Positions 12,670 through 23,353 of a DNA stretch of 64,000 nucleotides are shown here, piece after piece; positions within the stretch are counted from its first letter, which is position 1, and each line of letters opens with the position of its first letter. A program made the translations under genes and the position numbers. The stretch covers positions 337,008 to 401,007 of the forward strand of contig CAVSZJ010000008.1 in NCBI GenBank assembly GCA_963732445.1, read 5' to 3'. The notes beneath the pieces are model-generated. The model saw only the letters and a list, made by a program, of their open reading frames with translations, did no database searches and had not been told where the DNA came from. The stretch comes from Vicinamibacterales bacterium. Lineage in GTDB: Bacteria > Acidobacteriota > Vicinamibacteria > Vicinamibacterales > JAMQPK01.

Positions 12670-13538
12670 ATGTCACATGAAAAGGAACTACGTGCGGTTC
12701 TCGGGTGGCTCGTGGTGTTCGTCGTTGTTCTGCTGGGTGCGTCGGCGGTCTGGATGAGCCTGGCGAGCTTCGACGATGGACTGGATCAAGGTCGTCGGCG
12801 TCGCGATCCTGGTCGCTCGGCGGTGTTTCGCTGGCCGGGCTCACGGTCGTGAATCCGAACGAAGCGTCGGTCGTCACGCTGTTCGGCGTCTACAAGGGCA
12901 CGATCAAGCGGAGCGGATTCTGGTGGGTCAATCCGCTGACGACGCGGCGCAAGCTGTCGCTGCGCGTGCGCAACTTCGAGAGCGCGAAGCTGAAGGTGAA
13001 CGAGCGCGACGGCAATCCCATCGAAATCGCCACCGTCGTCGTCTGGCGCATCGTCGAGACGTTCGAGGCCGTCTTCAACGTCGACGACTACGAGAACTTC
13101 GTGCACGTGCAGAGCGAAGCCGCCGTGCGCACTCTGGCCACCACCTATCCCTACGATTCGCACGAGGACGCCAACGTGTCGCTGCGACTCTCGGCCGGCG
13201 GCGAGGTCGCCGACCGGATGCGCCACGAAGTGCAGGAGCGGCTGTCGAAAGCCGGCATCGAAGTCATCGAGGCGCGCATCAGCCATCTCGCGTACGCGCC
13301 GGAAATCGCGGGAGCGATGCTGCGGCGGCAGCAGGCGTCCGCCGTCATCGCCGCGCGCCAGCTGATCGTCGAAGGCGCGGTCGGCATGGTCGAGATGGCG
13401 CTCAACGAGCTGAGCCGCAAGAACGTCGTCTCGCTCGACGAAGAGCGCAAGGCGGCGATGGTGAGCAATCTTCTCGTCGTGCTGTGCAGCGAGAAAGGCG
13501 TCGAGCCCGTCGTGAACGCGGGGACCTTGTATCAGTAG
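12670..13538 (+). pseudogene. SPFH/Band-7 (stomatin-like) domain protein; N-terminal membrane anchor split by two frame breaks
   Basis: Core in ORF 12705..13538(+) ([32 protein letters not shown].. [19 protein letters not shown]). The TM anchor is in ORF 12661..12852 ([28 protein letters not shown]) and in the frame of 12776.. ([11 protein letters not shown]). Shifts near 12775 and 12815. Stop TAG 13536-13538 is the TAG of a REP GTAG head. Confidence 0.7.
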
Positions 13539-13556
13539 TGTCGGCTTCAGCCGGAC
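13535..13556 (+). repeat. REP hairpin (GTAGTGTCGGCTTCAGCCGGAC)
   Basis: GTAG head followed by a GGCTTCAGCC hairpin. It overlaps the SPFH stop codon. Confidence 0.85.
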
Positions 13557-13734
13557 CTTATTATGCCCGACAAGAAGGGATTCCCGCTTCGGCTCGACCC
13601 GGAGATTTACGACGCTCTACAACGATGGGCGGCCTCCGAGTTTCGCAGCGTCAACGGACAGATCGAGTATCTGCTCCGTTGCGCGCTGCAGGACGCCGGA
13701 CGTCTGCCCGGGTCGGATCCGACGCAACAGGAGG

Positions 13735-14528
<794 letters not shown>

Positions 14529-14537
14529 GCCGCTGCT

Positions 14538-15959
14538 TTACTGCGCCCGTGCCAAATCTCTCACCACTTCATAGTGGAACCGCACGAACTTGTGCAGCTC
14601 GCTTTCGAGGATGCGCTCTTGATCGCTATGCGCGCCGAAGCCCTTCGGGCTGTCTTCGGCGTCGAGTGCGGGGCCGACGCCGTAGCACTGAATCCCTTTC
14701 GCGCGCAGGTATGCCATGTCCGTGGCCCCGGTGCTCATTGTCGGCAGCACCGCCGCATCGTAGAGGCGCGCGAACGCCGACTCGAGCACCTTGAACACTT
14801 CCGAATCGAGCCGCGCGCTCGGGGCAGCGGGCCGCACGTCACGGGGGATCCACTCCACGCGGATGGCCGGATTGTTCACGACCTTGCGCAGCTCGTTCAG
14901 GAACGCCTCCGGATCCTGCCCCGAGATCAGCCGCACGTCGAGCGATGCCTTCGCCTCCGACGGAATGACATTGATGCGATAGCCGCCCTGGATGATGTTC
15001 GGCGAGATCGAGCTCCTCACACTCGAAGCGAGCCTCGGATCTGACTTGGCAAAATAGTCCACCGCATCCTGCGCGGCTTTCGGATCGGTGCCAATCACCG
15101 CACGATATCTGGCGGCATCGGCGGGCTGCGAGATGGCGGCCATCCGCGTAAAGTACGCGCGCGTGGTGTCGTTGATTTGAATCGGCGGCTTCCATGCGGT
15201 CACCGTCACGACCGCCTGCGCGAGCTTGAGAATCGAATTTGTCTCGAGCGGCACCGACCCATGTCCCGCGATCCCGGTTGACGTCAGCATGACGCCGTGG
15301 GGAATTTTCTCTGCCGTCTGCACCGACGCATAGCGGACACGACCGTCACTGCGAAGCACGCTGCCGCCTTCGGCGAGACAGAACTCAGCGTCGATCTCCG
15401 CGAAGTGCTGCTGCGCCATGTACTGGATGCCGACCCGAGTGGTGCCCTCCTCCCCAGCCTCGGCGAGAAAAATCACGTCGCGATCGAGCGTAACCCCCGA
15501 ACGCTTCAACAGAAGCATCGTCATGAGCGCCGCGGTGACGTTGTCTTTGTCGTCGACGGTCCCGCGTCCGTAGACGTAGCCGCCGCTGCGCGTCGCGCTG
15601 AAGGGTGGGAACGTCCACTTCGCCGGATCGACGTTCACGGTGTCCGTATGTCCCATCAGGAGCAGCGGCCGCTTCTTGCCGGTCCCCCTCAGGCGCGCCA
15701 CGATGTTCAGACGGTTCGGCTCGAGCTCGAATACCTTGGTCGCAATCCCTTCGCGCTCGAGGACCTGCTGGAGATATTCCGCCGCCGGCCGCTCGTTGCC
15801 CGGCGGATCACTCGTGTCGAATCTGAGCACCGCCTGGAAGTGTGCCATGCTCTCGGCCTCAACGCGCTGCCAGTCGATGCTGCCTGGCGTCTGTGCGTAG
15901 AGAACGGATGCGGTCGCTCCGGCAACCGCAATGACGAGTGCGTAGCAGATGTTTTTCAT
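14538..15959 (-). CDS. M20/M25/M40-family metallopeptidase (dipeptidase-like), secreted
   Basis: ORF 14538..16112(-). Start at ATG 15959 (MKNICYALVIAVAGATASVLYAQ). LLLMGHTDTV, GRGTVDDKDN, FLAEAGEEG are the M20 metal-ligand motifs. Uninterrupted. Confidence 0.85.
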   Translation of the reverse strand: MKNICYALVIAVAGATASVLYAQTPGSIDWQRVEAESMAHFQAVLRFDTSDPPGNERPAAEYLQQVLEREGIATKVFELEPNRLNIVARLRGTGKKRPLLLMGHTDTVNVDPAKWTFPPFSATRSGGYVYGRGTVDDKDNVTAALMTMLLLKRSGVTLDRDVIFLAEAGEEGTTRVGIQYMAQQHFAEIDAEFCLAEGGSVLRSDGRVRYASVQTAEKIPHGVMLTSTGIAGHGSVPLETNSILKLAQAVVTVTAWKPPIQINDTTRAYFTRMAAISQPADAARYRAVIGTDPKAAQDAVDYFAKSDPRLASSVRSSISPNIIQGGYRINVIPSEAKASLDVRLISGQDPEAFLNELRKVVNNPAIRVEWIPRDVRPAAPSARLDSEVFKVLESAFARLYDAAVLPTMSTGATDMAYLRAKGIQCYGVGPALDAEDSPKGFGAHSDQERILESELHKFVRFHYEVVRDLARAQ

Positions 15960-16164
15960 AGCCGCCTGTTCCAATACCCTTACGGGCGATCTCTTCGGCA
16001 ACCTTGCGCGCCGCGTCGCGCGTGTCCGCAAAGACGATGACCCGCGTGCCCTTGTCTTTATAGGGAAGACGGCCATCCTCGTTGGCCTTCTCCGCTTCAC
16101 CCTCCCGCACATACCGCTCCAGGCACGGAGCTTCGTGCGGCGGACCGACCGCGTGCGTCCACAT
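15859..16164 (-). CDS. Possible small hypothetical protein (boundaries unresolved)
   Basis: ORF 15859..16164(-). The segment ..LERYVREGEAEKANEDGRLPYKDKGTRVIVFADTRDAARKVAEEIARKGIG.. has coding-like third-position G+C. Its Arg-rich tail overlaps the peptidase start by 100 nt, so the real stop (or a frame break) is unclear. Confidence 0.25.
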   Translation of the reverse strand: MWTHAVGPPHEAPCLERYVREGEAEKANEDGRLPYKDKGTRVIVFADTRDAARKVAEEIARKGIGTGGYEKHLLRTRHCGCRSDRIRSLRTDARQHRLAAR

Positions 16165-16220
16165 AGACCGCCGTTTTATCGCCCTTGTAGATATACGTTT
16201 TTCGCTCTACGTTTTTCGTT

Positions 16221-16284
16221 GGCAGGACTGAAGTCCTGCGCTACCAGCGACCGGGCAGGACTGAAGTCCCGTGCTGCCGCCTAC
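16221..16284 (-). repeat. Two REP hairpin units (GCAGGACTGAAGTCCTGC-GCTAC type)
   Basis: GGCAGGACTGAAGTCCTGCGCTAC (16221-16244) and GGGCAGGACTGAAGTCCCGTGCTGCCGCCTAC (16253-16284). The CTAC end (GTAG on the minus strand) runs straight into the next array. Confidence 0.85.
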
Positions 16285-16305
16285 CACCTACCACCTACCA
16301 CCTAC
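16281..16305 (-). repeat. Heptanucleotide tandem array (GGTGGTA type, 3.5 units)
   Basis: Plus strand reads CTACCAC x3 + CTAC. Contains the TAG stop (16302-16304) of the downstream minus-strand gene. Confidence 0.95.
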
Positions 16306-18131
16306 TTAAGCGGATTCGGTGTCGCGTTGGCTTCCAAATCGCCAAGAATGTACTGCAGGCCGGCGAGAAAGTGCCCCACGATCTCCGGCCGCATGAACGT
16401 TTCGTTCATGTGGCCCATCGAGTTGTAGAACACTCGCCCTTTGCCGTACTCGCGAATCCACGCCACCGGGTACACCTTATCCGGCCGCTTGTAGCCGGTC
16501 CACGGCTTGTCGGTTGACGCCGGCACCTTCTCATCGAGATCGACGATGAGCAGCACGCGCACTTTGTCCCAGCGCAGCCGGCCATTACCAGAGTCCTCGA
16601 ACCGGTAATACTCCTCGCGGAACGGCAGATCCTCGTAGTTGAACGGGCGGACGATCGGATTGTCCTTATCGTACACCTTGAGCACGCCATTCTCGATGCG
16701 ATGCGGCGCGCTCTGCGCCCCGATCATCTCGGCGAACTCGTCCCAATTGCGCGAGGCCCACGGCGTACCGTGAATGCCGCCCATGCCGCCCCCCTCGTTG
16801 ACATAACGCACGAGATCGGCGCGCATCGCCGGATCCGGCAGGAACTCGCCGACGATGCTGTTCAGGAAGATCGCGTCGTATTCCTTCACCTTCGGATATC
16901 GAAGGTTGTTGAGATCGTTGCTGAACACGGTCGTCCATGCGCCGGTTTTCTCGCCCATCCGCTGAATCATCACGTTGGTGAGCGGGATGGTGTTGTGCGA
17001 CATCCCTTCAAGGCTCTCGATGACGAGCAGCTTGCGGGCCCTCTTCGGCGTCGCGATCGGCTTGTTCGCTACCGCCGCGTCAATCTTCGTGCGGATTTCC
17101 TGAGCGCGCTGGTCAATGTCCGCCGGCGTCAGCGTCTCGCCGCGCGATGGCGTGACGACGTCGAACCGGATTGGGCGGGTACGCGAAAACTCATTGAAGT
17201 TCACGGCATACGCCGGCTGCACGACATCTTCGAACGCCGACACCGCCGCGAAAATATCGCCGGGCGTCTTGACGACGCCCGTCGTATCGATGGTCATCGC
17301 GATGGGCACTCTCGTCGTTACGACCGGGCTGCCGTCGCCGCCAAGGCGCGTGGAAATCTGGCGATTGTCCTGCTGCTCCAGCTCAGCGAAAAACTCGCGG
17401 AGATTGGCCACACCCTTGCCGAGCGCCGCGTTCTGCGCGTTGGCGCCGCGCGCCGAGCGATCGCGCAGCAGCACGTAAAGCAACCGATCCTTCACGCGCG
17501 CAACCCCTTCGCGTGCGTTCACCCCGTCCTGGGCCCACTGTCCCGTATCTATGCCAACACCGAGGCGGCGGCTCCTGCCTTCCATTGCTTTCAGGGTGTC
17601 GGCCGAACTGTTCAGCACTGCCACGTTGACCTTGAATTCCTCAGCGAGCGCATCAAGGCCGTCGAGCGCCGTATTACCCGGCACGACCAGCGTTGTCGCG
17701 CCGAGGTCCTGTGCGAAATCGAAGACTCTGCGACGCGTAGCCGCGTCGGCAGGCAGGCTCTCAACACGGTAGGCGCTGACGCGGACGTTGGGGCCCATGC
17801 CGGTCTTTACGGCGGCGATTTCCGCGGCGGCCAGATTGTGATCGAGGTTCGCCTGAACCTGCGGACTCACACGCTGCGTGCTCGAGGCCTCGATAAACGG
17901 CACGAGTGCGGCGTCGGCCCGGACCACCGATTCCTGAAACGTGAGGCCCATGCCTGGAACGGCGAGGTCCCAGTTCGTGAAGCGATCGTTCGCGACCAGC
18001 GTTCGTGTGCGCCACGTCACGCGCTCCAACGCGTCGGACGCGCGCGGAAAGGCCGGCGCCTGGTTCTGCTGCGCCACCAGCGTTGCCATGCAGACGCCAA
18101 AAAGGGCTGCGATTGTGATCTTCGTTTTCAT
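16302..18131 (-). CDS. Secreted two-domain protein: probable xylose-isomerase-like TIM-barrel domain + ThuA-like domain
   Basis: ORF 16302..18284(-). Start at ATG 18131 (MKTKITIAALFGVCMATLVAQQ). The C-terminal half (LLVIESLEGMSHNTIP.. YDAIFLNSIVGEF.. GGGMGGIHGT.. YGKGRVFYNSMGH) is ThuA-like. The N-terminal half resembles sugar-phosphate isomerase/epimerase barrels. Confidence 0.6.
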   Translation of the reverse strand: MKTKITIAALFGVCMATLVAQQNQAPAFPRASDALERVTWRTRTLVANDRFTNWDLAVPGMGLTFQESVVRADAALVPFIEASSTQRVSPQVQANLDHNLAAAEIAAVKTGMGPNVRVSAYRVESLPADAATRRRVFDFAQDLGATTLVVPGNTALDGLDALAEEFKVNVAVLNSSADTLKAMEGRSRRLGVGIDTGQWAQDGVNAREGVARVKDRLLYVLLRDRSARGANAQNAALGKGVANLREFFAELEQQDNRQISTRLGGDGSPVVTTRVPIAMTIDTTGVVKTPGDIFAAVSAFEDVVQPAYAVNFNEFSRTRPIRFDVVTPSRGETLTPADIDQRAQEIRTKIDAAVANKPIATPKRARKLLVIESLEGMSHNTIPLTNVMIQRMGEKTGAWTTVFSNDLNNLRYPKVKEYDAIFLNSIVGEFLPDPAMRADLVRYVNEGGGMGGIHGTPWASRNWDEFAEMIGAQSAPHRIENGVLKVYDKDNPIVRPFNYEDLPFREEYYRFEDSGNGRLRWDKVRVLLIVDLDEKVPASTDKPWTGYKRPDKVYPVAWIREYGKGRVFYNSMGHMNETFMRPEIVGHFLAGLQYILGDLEANATPNPLK

Positions 18132-18171
18132 ATATTTTTTCTTTTTGCCGTAGGGCCACTCAAGTTGTGCA

Positions 18172-20433
18172 CTACCGCGCTGGCAATGCAAACACGTGAT
18201 AACCCTGCGCTTCGATCTTTCCTTCTTTGCGATGGAGAGGATTCCGCCAGACCGGATCGCCTCCCGTCCCCCATGACGCGCCAACCGCGAAGGCGATGTA
18301 CTGCCGTCCGTTCACTTCATAGACCGCCGGCATGCCTTCGGGATTCGCCTCCAGTTCGTGCTCCCACACCAGCTCCCCGGTTGCCTTGTCGAACGCGCGG
18401 AGAAAACAGTCCTGCGAATTCGCCAGGAACACCAGCCCGCCGGCTGTTACGACCGGACTGTTCTGCGGCCGTACCGTGCCTGTGGTTGTCCTTACCTTAC
18501 CCGCAACGCCGGGCGCGGTTCCGTCGGCGACTCGCCATTTGATCGTGCCGTCGTTCAGATCGTACGCGACGAGCTGCGACCATGGCGGTCCGGTGACCGG
18601 ATAGCCATTACTCGTATACCACCCGGCTGAAAACGATCCGCCATAGCGCGTCGGCGGGCCCTGATAACGATTCGGGTTCTGCGGAAGCCGAATCTCCGAC
18701 GGGTTGCCCGCCTGCTCTTCACTGGTCGGCAGCGACATCAAATACGACTCGAGACCTTCGAGCGCGTTGTTCGAAATGACGCTCTCGGGAATTGCCGGCA
18801 TCGAGTTGACGCCTTTGCGCACGATCGAACGGAATGCTTCCGAACCGAGGACCTTGATCGATCGCATCGGCATCTGGCCGGCGCCATGACAGCTCGAGCA
18901 GCGCTGCATGTAAACGCCCTGGCCTGCTTGTTCGCGCGGGCTGAGCGGCGCGTCACCCTGTCCGCGGCCGCCGCCTGCGCCGCCACCGCGGCCGGGCTCG
19001 ACGAGCGACATCTTGCGATAGCTAATCATCTCGAGGCTGCGCACGTAAACCATGCCTGTCGCGGGGTCGCCCGCGATGCTGCCCCAGTTCGCGCCGCCCC
19101 ACGCACCGGGAAACTGGATGTGCGGCCGCAGGTGGCTCGACGGCGTGAAAACGCCTTCATTCGCCGCTTCTCGCACGAGCTGCTTCAGCTTTTCCTGTTC
19201 CTCCAGGGTGACGAACGGATTCACTTCTTCCGGCGTCATCGACTGCCGCGCGAATGGCGGCGGCTTGGTCGGGAAGGGCTGCGTCGGCGACGAAAACTCG
19301 CCGGGCACTTCGCTTTTCGGCACGGGCCGCTCTTCGATCGGCCACACCGGCCTCCCCGTTTTCCGCTCGAACACGTAAAGAAACCCGGTCTTGCCCGCCT
19401 GCACCACGATCTCCAGCGGCTTCCCGTTGTGCTGAACGGTCAAGAGCTTCGGCGATGCGGCGTTGTCGTAGTCCCACAGATCGTGATGCACGATCTGGAA
19501 ATGCCACAACCTCTTCCCTGTCCGCGCGTCGAGCGCGAGCAGGCAGTTGCCGAACAGGTTGTCGCCCTGTCGATCGCCGCCATAGAGATCATGCGTCGGC
19601 GATCCGGTCGGCAGGAAGATGATGCCGTTCTTCTCGTCGAGCGTGAGATCGCCCCACGTGTTCGCGCCACCCGCATACCTGAAGGCCGTCTCAGGCCACG
19701 TTTCGTATCCATTTTCGCCGGGGCGTGGAATCGTGTGAAACGTCCACTCGAGCCTGCCCGTGATGACGTCGTAGGCGCGGATGTCCCCAGCGGGCGAGCC
19801 ATAGCCCTCGCCCACGTTCGAACCGACAATGAGGAGATTTTCGAAGATGCGGCCCGGGCTGTTGTTCGGTCCACCGTTGCGGCGCGGCGTGCCGACGCGC
19901 ATGTCGACGAACCCGTTCGTTCCGAAGGTCAGGACCTGCCGGCCGGTACGCGCATCGATCTCGCGGATGCCGTTGCTCGCGGTGAGAATCAGCCGGCGAT
20001 CCGACCGATCTTTGCTCTCCCAGTACGCGAGGCCACGGTTGGTGGCCCGCAGCGTCGACATCCACAGTTCCCTACCAGTCGTGGCGTCGAGCGCGACGAC
20101 GACGCCGCGGGCGCCCGCGACGAACATCACGTTGTCGACGACGAGCGGATTGAATTGGAGACGGTCGGGCTCGCCGGGCACCGGGTAGAACCAGGCGCGC
20201 TGGAGTTGTTTGACGTTGGACTTGTTGATCTGCGCGAGCGCTGAGTACTGCATCGAGTCGGCCGCACCGCCGTACTGATCCCATTTTGCATACAGCTGAG
20301 GCTGCTGGGCCTGCGAGGCATACTGAACGAAGGCGACGGTCGCGACAACGGCCATGCCGACGGGCAGGCTCCACCTTCGCGCTTCGCGGCTACGGCGCGG
20401 CAGGCCCCGACCGCCTCGGGTGGACAGGTGCAT
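18172..20433 (-). CDS. PQQ-dependent dehydrogenase-like beta-propeller with an internal c-type cytochrome module (quinohaemoprotein)
   Basis: Lower 753 codons of ORF 18172..21486(-). Start at ATG 20433, preceded by AGGAGA. Signal-like VGMAVVATVAFVQYASQAQQ. Repeated ..DA.TG...W.. propeller motifs (ALDATTGRELW, ALDARTGKRLWHFQ, AFDKATGELVWEH). CSSCHGAGQMP haem site about two-thirds along. Confidence 0.75.
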   Translation of the reverse strand: MHLSTRGGRGLPRRSREARRWSLPVGMAVVATVAFVQYASQAQQPQLYAKWDQYGGAADSMQYSALAQINKSNVKQLQRAWFYPVPGEPDRLQFNPLVVDNVMFVAGARGVVVALDATTGRELWMSTLRATNRGLAYWESKDRSDRRLILTASNGIREIDARTGRQVLTFGTNGFVDMRVGTPRRNGGPNNSPGRIFENLLIVGSNVGEGYGSPAGDIRAYDVITGRLEWTFHTIPRPGENGYETWPETAFRYAGGANTWGDLTLDEKNGIIFLPTGSPTHDLYGGDRQGDNLFGNCLLALDARTGKRLWHFQIVHHDLWDYDNAASPKLLTVQHNGKPLEIVVQAGKTGFLYVFERKTGRPVWPIEERPVPKSEVPGEFSSPTQPFPTKPPPFARQSMTPEEVNPFVTLEEQEKLKQLVREAANEGVFTPSSHLRPHIQFPGAWGGANWGSIAGDPATGMVYVRSLEMISYRKMSLVEPGRGGGAGGGRGQGDAPLSPREQAGQGVYMQRCSSCHGAGQMPMRSIKVLGSEAFRSIVRKGVNSMPAIPESVISNNALEGLESYLMSLPTSEEQAGNPSEIRLPQNPNRYQGPPTRYGGSFSAGWYTSNGYPVTGPPWSQLVAYDLNDGTIKWRVADGTAPGVAGKVRTTTGTVRPQNSPVVTAGGLVFLANSQDCFLRAFDKATGELVWEHELEANPEGMPAVYEVNGRQYIAFAVGASWGTGGDPVWRNPLHRKEGKIEAQGYHVFALPAR

Positions 20434-20453
20434 GAGTTCTCCTGAGGGGGTTA

Positions 20454-20467
20454 CTTTACCGGTAAAG
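20454..20467. promoter_or_regulatory. Perfect 14-bp palindrome CTTTACCGGTAAAG immediately upstream of the PQQ dehydrogenase RBS (candidate operator)
   Basis: Located 21 nt 5' of ATG 20433 on the minus strand. Shares the GTTACTTTACC(G) context with the inverted repeat at 12541-12564. Confidence 0.4.
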
Positions 20468-20486
20468 GCTCGGACAACGCAAAACG

Positions 20487-21486
20487 CTACTTCCCGGCAG
20501 CGGCTGTGTAGCCCGAGCGCGCACGCACGCGCAGCTCTTTGTTCCTTGTCGTGACCGAAATCTCGTGGTGCTTGCCGTCCGCGTGCGCCGGCTCGAACGC
20601 GAGCATGTACTGCGATTGCAGCTCGTCGAACACGCGTGCTACGGCGGCCGTGATCTCGGGTGGGTCGTTGATAGCCTCGACGTAGCCGCCCGAATCGGCG
20701 GTCAGCAGATCTGAGGTTTTCCAGGTCGACGTACGCGCCTTTTCCCGTTCCCATTCCGATGGCATACAACGCCGCGCCCGACTTCTTGACGGCCTCTTGC
20801 GCCGCGCCGACGGCGCGGCCGCGAAGCGCCTGCAGCCGGGCTTCAATCTCGACCTGTACTTCCTCCGCGCGTGTCCTCGGTTTGGACCCGGGCGTGAGAC
20901 GACCGCTAATGCGCGGCACCAGGCTGTCCCGGCCATCGGAGATGACGAGCAATACCTTGCGCGAGTGCTCAGCACGCTGGAACGACGGCGCAACCGACCT
21001 CACTGCGTCGAATAAGGCCGTATAGCCCCCCGGTTGAAGCGTATTGAACGCGCGCGGCACGAGCTGATGATCGCGCGTCCACGGAACCGCAAGCCCCACC
21101 TTGTCTGCGAAGGCGGCAAAGAGCACCTCGTCGCGCGGGTCTAGACGCTCGACGAGCAGCTCCAGCGCTCGACGCGTATCGGCCCACCGCGCATCCTCGA
21201 GCGCGCGCGCCTTCGCGTCGGTAGCCATGCTGCCGCTGATGTCGAGGAGGATGCCAAGGCTCACCGGCACGAGCTCGGTACTGAACTGCGTAATCTCGCG
21301 CCGCGTGCCGCCATCGGCGATCTCGAAATCTGCGATGGTCAGGCTCGCGACGGACCGGCCGGAGCGATCGGTGACGGTCACCGGCACGACCACCACATCG
21401 GTATGCGACCGATAAACTGGCGCGTTCTGAGCGAGTAGCGAAAAAGGCAAAAGGAAAAACGACGTGGCGATCAGTCGTCGTCGCAT
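20487..21486 (-). pseudogene. VWFA-related (TIGR03436-like) secreted protein; one frame break
   Basis: N-terminus in ORF 18172..21486(-) (MRRRLIATSFFLLPFSLLAQ.. VVVPVTVTDRSGRSV..ADFEI..DGG; ILLDISGSM MIDAS-like DxSxS). The true C-terminus is in ORF 20487..20993(-) (..LLTADSGGYVEAINDPPEITAAVARVFDELQSQYMLAFEP..RARSGYTAAAGK). Shift near 20710. Confidence 0.7.
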
Positions 21487-21496
21487 TGCTGTGTCG

Positions 21497-23197
21497 CTAC
21501 CGTTTGATTTCGGTCAACGGCATGTCCAGCACTCCTAAGCGGCCGGTCATGCGATCGCGGACGATTAAACGCACCTGCGTGGTGTCGGGTTCGACCGTCC
21601 ACATCTTCGAGAAGCGCACAATGGACGCCTTCACAGCCTGTTGAGGATTTTCCTTAATGGTGATCACCGCGCCGTCACGCCGAACGCGCGTCCATTCCTT
21701 CGCGTTCCGCTCGCCGAACGCGATTTCCAGATCGGTTGCCGGGGCACCGGCCACGCGTTTGTAATACAGATCGTCCGCAGCAATCTGTATCAACACGTTC
21801 AAGCCGTTCGGCACACCATCCGCGCGTGCGTCCAACCGGATCGCCGTCGATCCGAGCGGGTTCTTGATGGCCGCCTGCCACTCGGCCTGCGACCAGTTGA
21901 CCGGCTGCTTGACCGGGGCAAGCGCCATGTACCCCTTGCGATGCAGGACGCGGACGCCGGGCCGGCTCACGCGCACGTCGAACCCACGCCATCGGTGGTC
22001 GGCATTGTCCGGCACATAGAATCCGACTGAGTACGAACCGCGGAGATCGGTGGCCGCCGCGCGTGCGCCGACGGTCAGCTCGTTCGTGTTTCGAAAGGCG
22101 CGGCCGCCGGTGACGTCGGCGAGCATGTCCATCGTCCCCCAGATGCGGAGATTGTTTTCTCTCGTCAGCGGACGAAGGTGCGCGCTCTCCGGCTGCCCCT
22201 TGCTCGAGCCCTGCGCCGTGGTATTCGTCCCGAGCATACCGACATTGAGTCCGGTCGCCTGAACGGGATACACCGTGATCCCCTGCGTCGCGAGCCGTTG
22301 CGCCAAGCTTCGCACCTGCCCAGCATAGCTGTTGACCCAGCGATCCTGTGCGCCCTGGGTCATGACGGGGATCCCGCCACTGATCCAGACGAGATTCTTC
22401 CGCCCCGGAATGCCGGCCATGTGATCGCCGAGCGCTTCGAGTGCTGCCACCGTCTGGTTCATGCGGCGCATGTGGAGCTGTTCCTGAAAGTACTCCTCGG
22501 CCCTTTCCATTTGCCCGCGCACTCGGGCGAGCTCCGCGTTCGCCTCCACCTCGGCCTTCGCATCTTCATTGGAATCGTCGACGTACTCGTCCACCGCGTC
22601 GTTGAAGTGCTCCGCTTCCATCAACTGTCGGCGGACCATCTCGTCAGAGGCGATCGCCTGAACGTTAAGCTCGATGTTCTGCTTGGCGAGCCGGGCCCGC
22701 AGCGCACCGAGGTCGTCGGTGAAGTCGTGCAGGATTCGCAGATTCGACCCGAGCGCGTAGACGGCGACGCGTGTGTTCGGCGCAAGGGCGCGCAGATACT
22801 GCATCACCTGCGCCTTCACCGCGACCTGGTCTTCGGGCACCGTATTCAGGGTGTCGATGACAATGGCCGTCACGTTGCGCGCCGGACCGGGAGCGTATTC
22901 GACACGATTGGTGAAAATGCCAGGGGCTATCGACTCACGTTTCGGCTCCACGGCACCGGGTGCAAAGGCAGCCCCTTCGAACCTGAAAAACGCGACTGGC
23001 TGGGGCTTGCCGTTCTGCACAATCGCAACGTCGTTTGCGGTGAGGTCGGTCACCGGCTGCCCTCGCTGGTCGGTCGCGACAATCGTGAACTCAACAAGCG
23101 TCGTTCCGGCCCTGAAAATCGGGGTCGGTTCCTGCCCTTCGACGACTGTGGCCACCACGGCGCTCGTCAGGAACGCGGCGGCAGCAAATTTTTTCAT
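21497..23197 (-). CDS. VWFA-related (TIGR03436-like) secreted protein, paralogue of the preceding gene
   Basis: ORF 21497..23197(-), 566 aa, uninterrupted. Signal peptide MKKFAAAAFLTSAVVATVVEG; FRAGTTLVEFTIVATDQRGQPVTDLTANDVAIVQNGKPQ; VIDTLNT..; C-terminal ..GYMAL.. beta-rich domain. Confidence 0.75.
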   Translation of the reverse strand: MKKFAAAAFLTSAVVATVVEGQEPTPIFRAGTTLVEFTIVATDQRGQPVTDLTANDVAIVQNGKPQPVAFFRFEGAAFAPGAVEPKRESIAPGIFTNRVEYAPGPARNVTAIVIDTLNTVPEDQVAVKAQVMQYLRALAPNTRVAVYALGSNLRILHDFTDDLGALRARLAKQNIELNVQAIASDEMVRRQLMEAEHFNDAVDEYVDDSNEDAKAEVEANAELARVRGQMERAEEYFQEQLHMRRMNQTVAALEALGDHMAGIPGRKNLVWISGGIPVMTQGAQDRWVNSYAGQVRSLAQRLATQGITVYPVQATGLNVGMLGTNTTAQGSSKGQPESAHLRPLTRENNLRIWGTMDMLADVTGGRAFRNTNELTVGARAAATDLRGSYSVGFYVPDNADHRWRGFDVRVSRPGVRVLHRKGYMALAPVKQPVNWSQAEWQAAIKNPLGSTAIRLDARADGVPNGLNVLIQIAADDLYYKRVAGAPATDLEIAFGERNAKEWTRVRRDGAVITIKENPQQAVKASIVRFSKMWTVEPDTTQVRLIVRDRMTGRLGVLDMPLTEIKR

Positions 23198-23353
23198 CCC
23201 CTAACGGTAGATTACCGCTTACAACGGTGCAACTTCTTGTACCAGCACGGCACACGGGGGATCCGGTGCAGGAGTGCGCAGCCAGGAAAGCGCTTTAAAC
23301 AAAGGGATTACCTTCTGCCGTTTCCTGGTATCGATGTTGCCCCCGTTCGTGGC

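Noticed and set aside
16701-18542. Very long antisense ORFs, for example 1069..2319(+), 16701..18542(+), 18886..20244(+), 22178..23353(+), 28416..29438(+), 41066..42202(-), 50584..51642(-) and 62375..63442(-)
   Set aside because: These are typical high-G+C shadow ORFs. They are Arg/Ala/Pro/Gly-rich, contain no recognisable motifs, and each lies opposite a strongly supported gene.
18172-21486. A single 1104-aa ORF that would fuse a VWFA protein to the PQQ dehydrogenase
   Set aside because: The ORF only stays open because a frame break near 20710 diverts the VWFA gene past its real stop. The true C-terminus and TAG are in ORF 20487..20993. The read-through stretch (20434-20700) is Arg-rich nonsense. 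The dehydrogenase has its own AGGAGA-ATG (20433) and signal peptide.
23326-23341. Sigma-54-like promoter TGGTAT-N5-TTGCC upstream of the response regulator
   Set aside because: The GG/GC spacing fits, but the predicted start site would fall about 3 nt from the ATG at 23354. No enhancer-binding protein or upstream activator sites are evident, and a 4-base core match is expected by chance.
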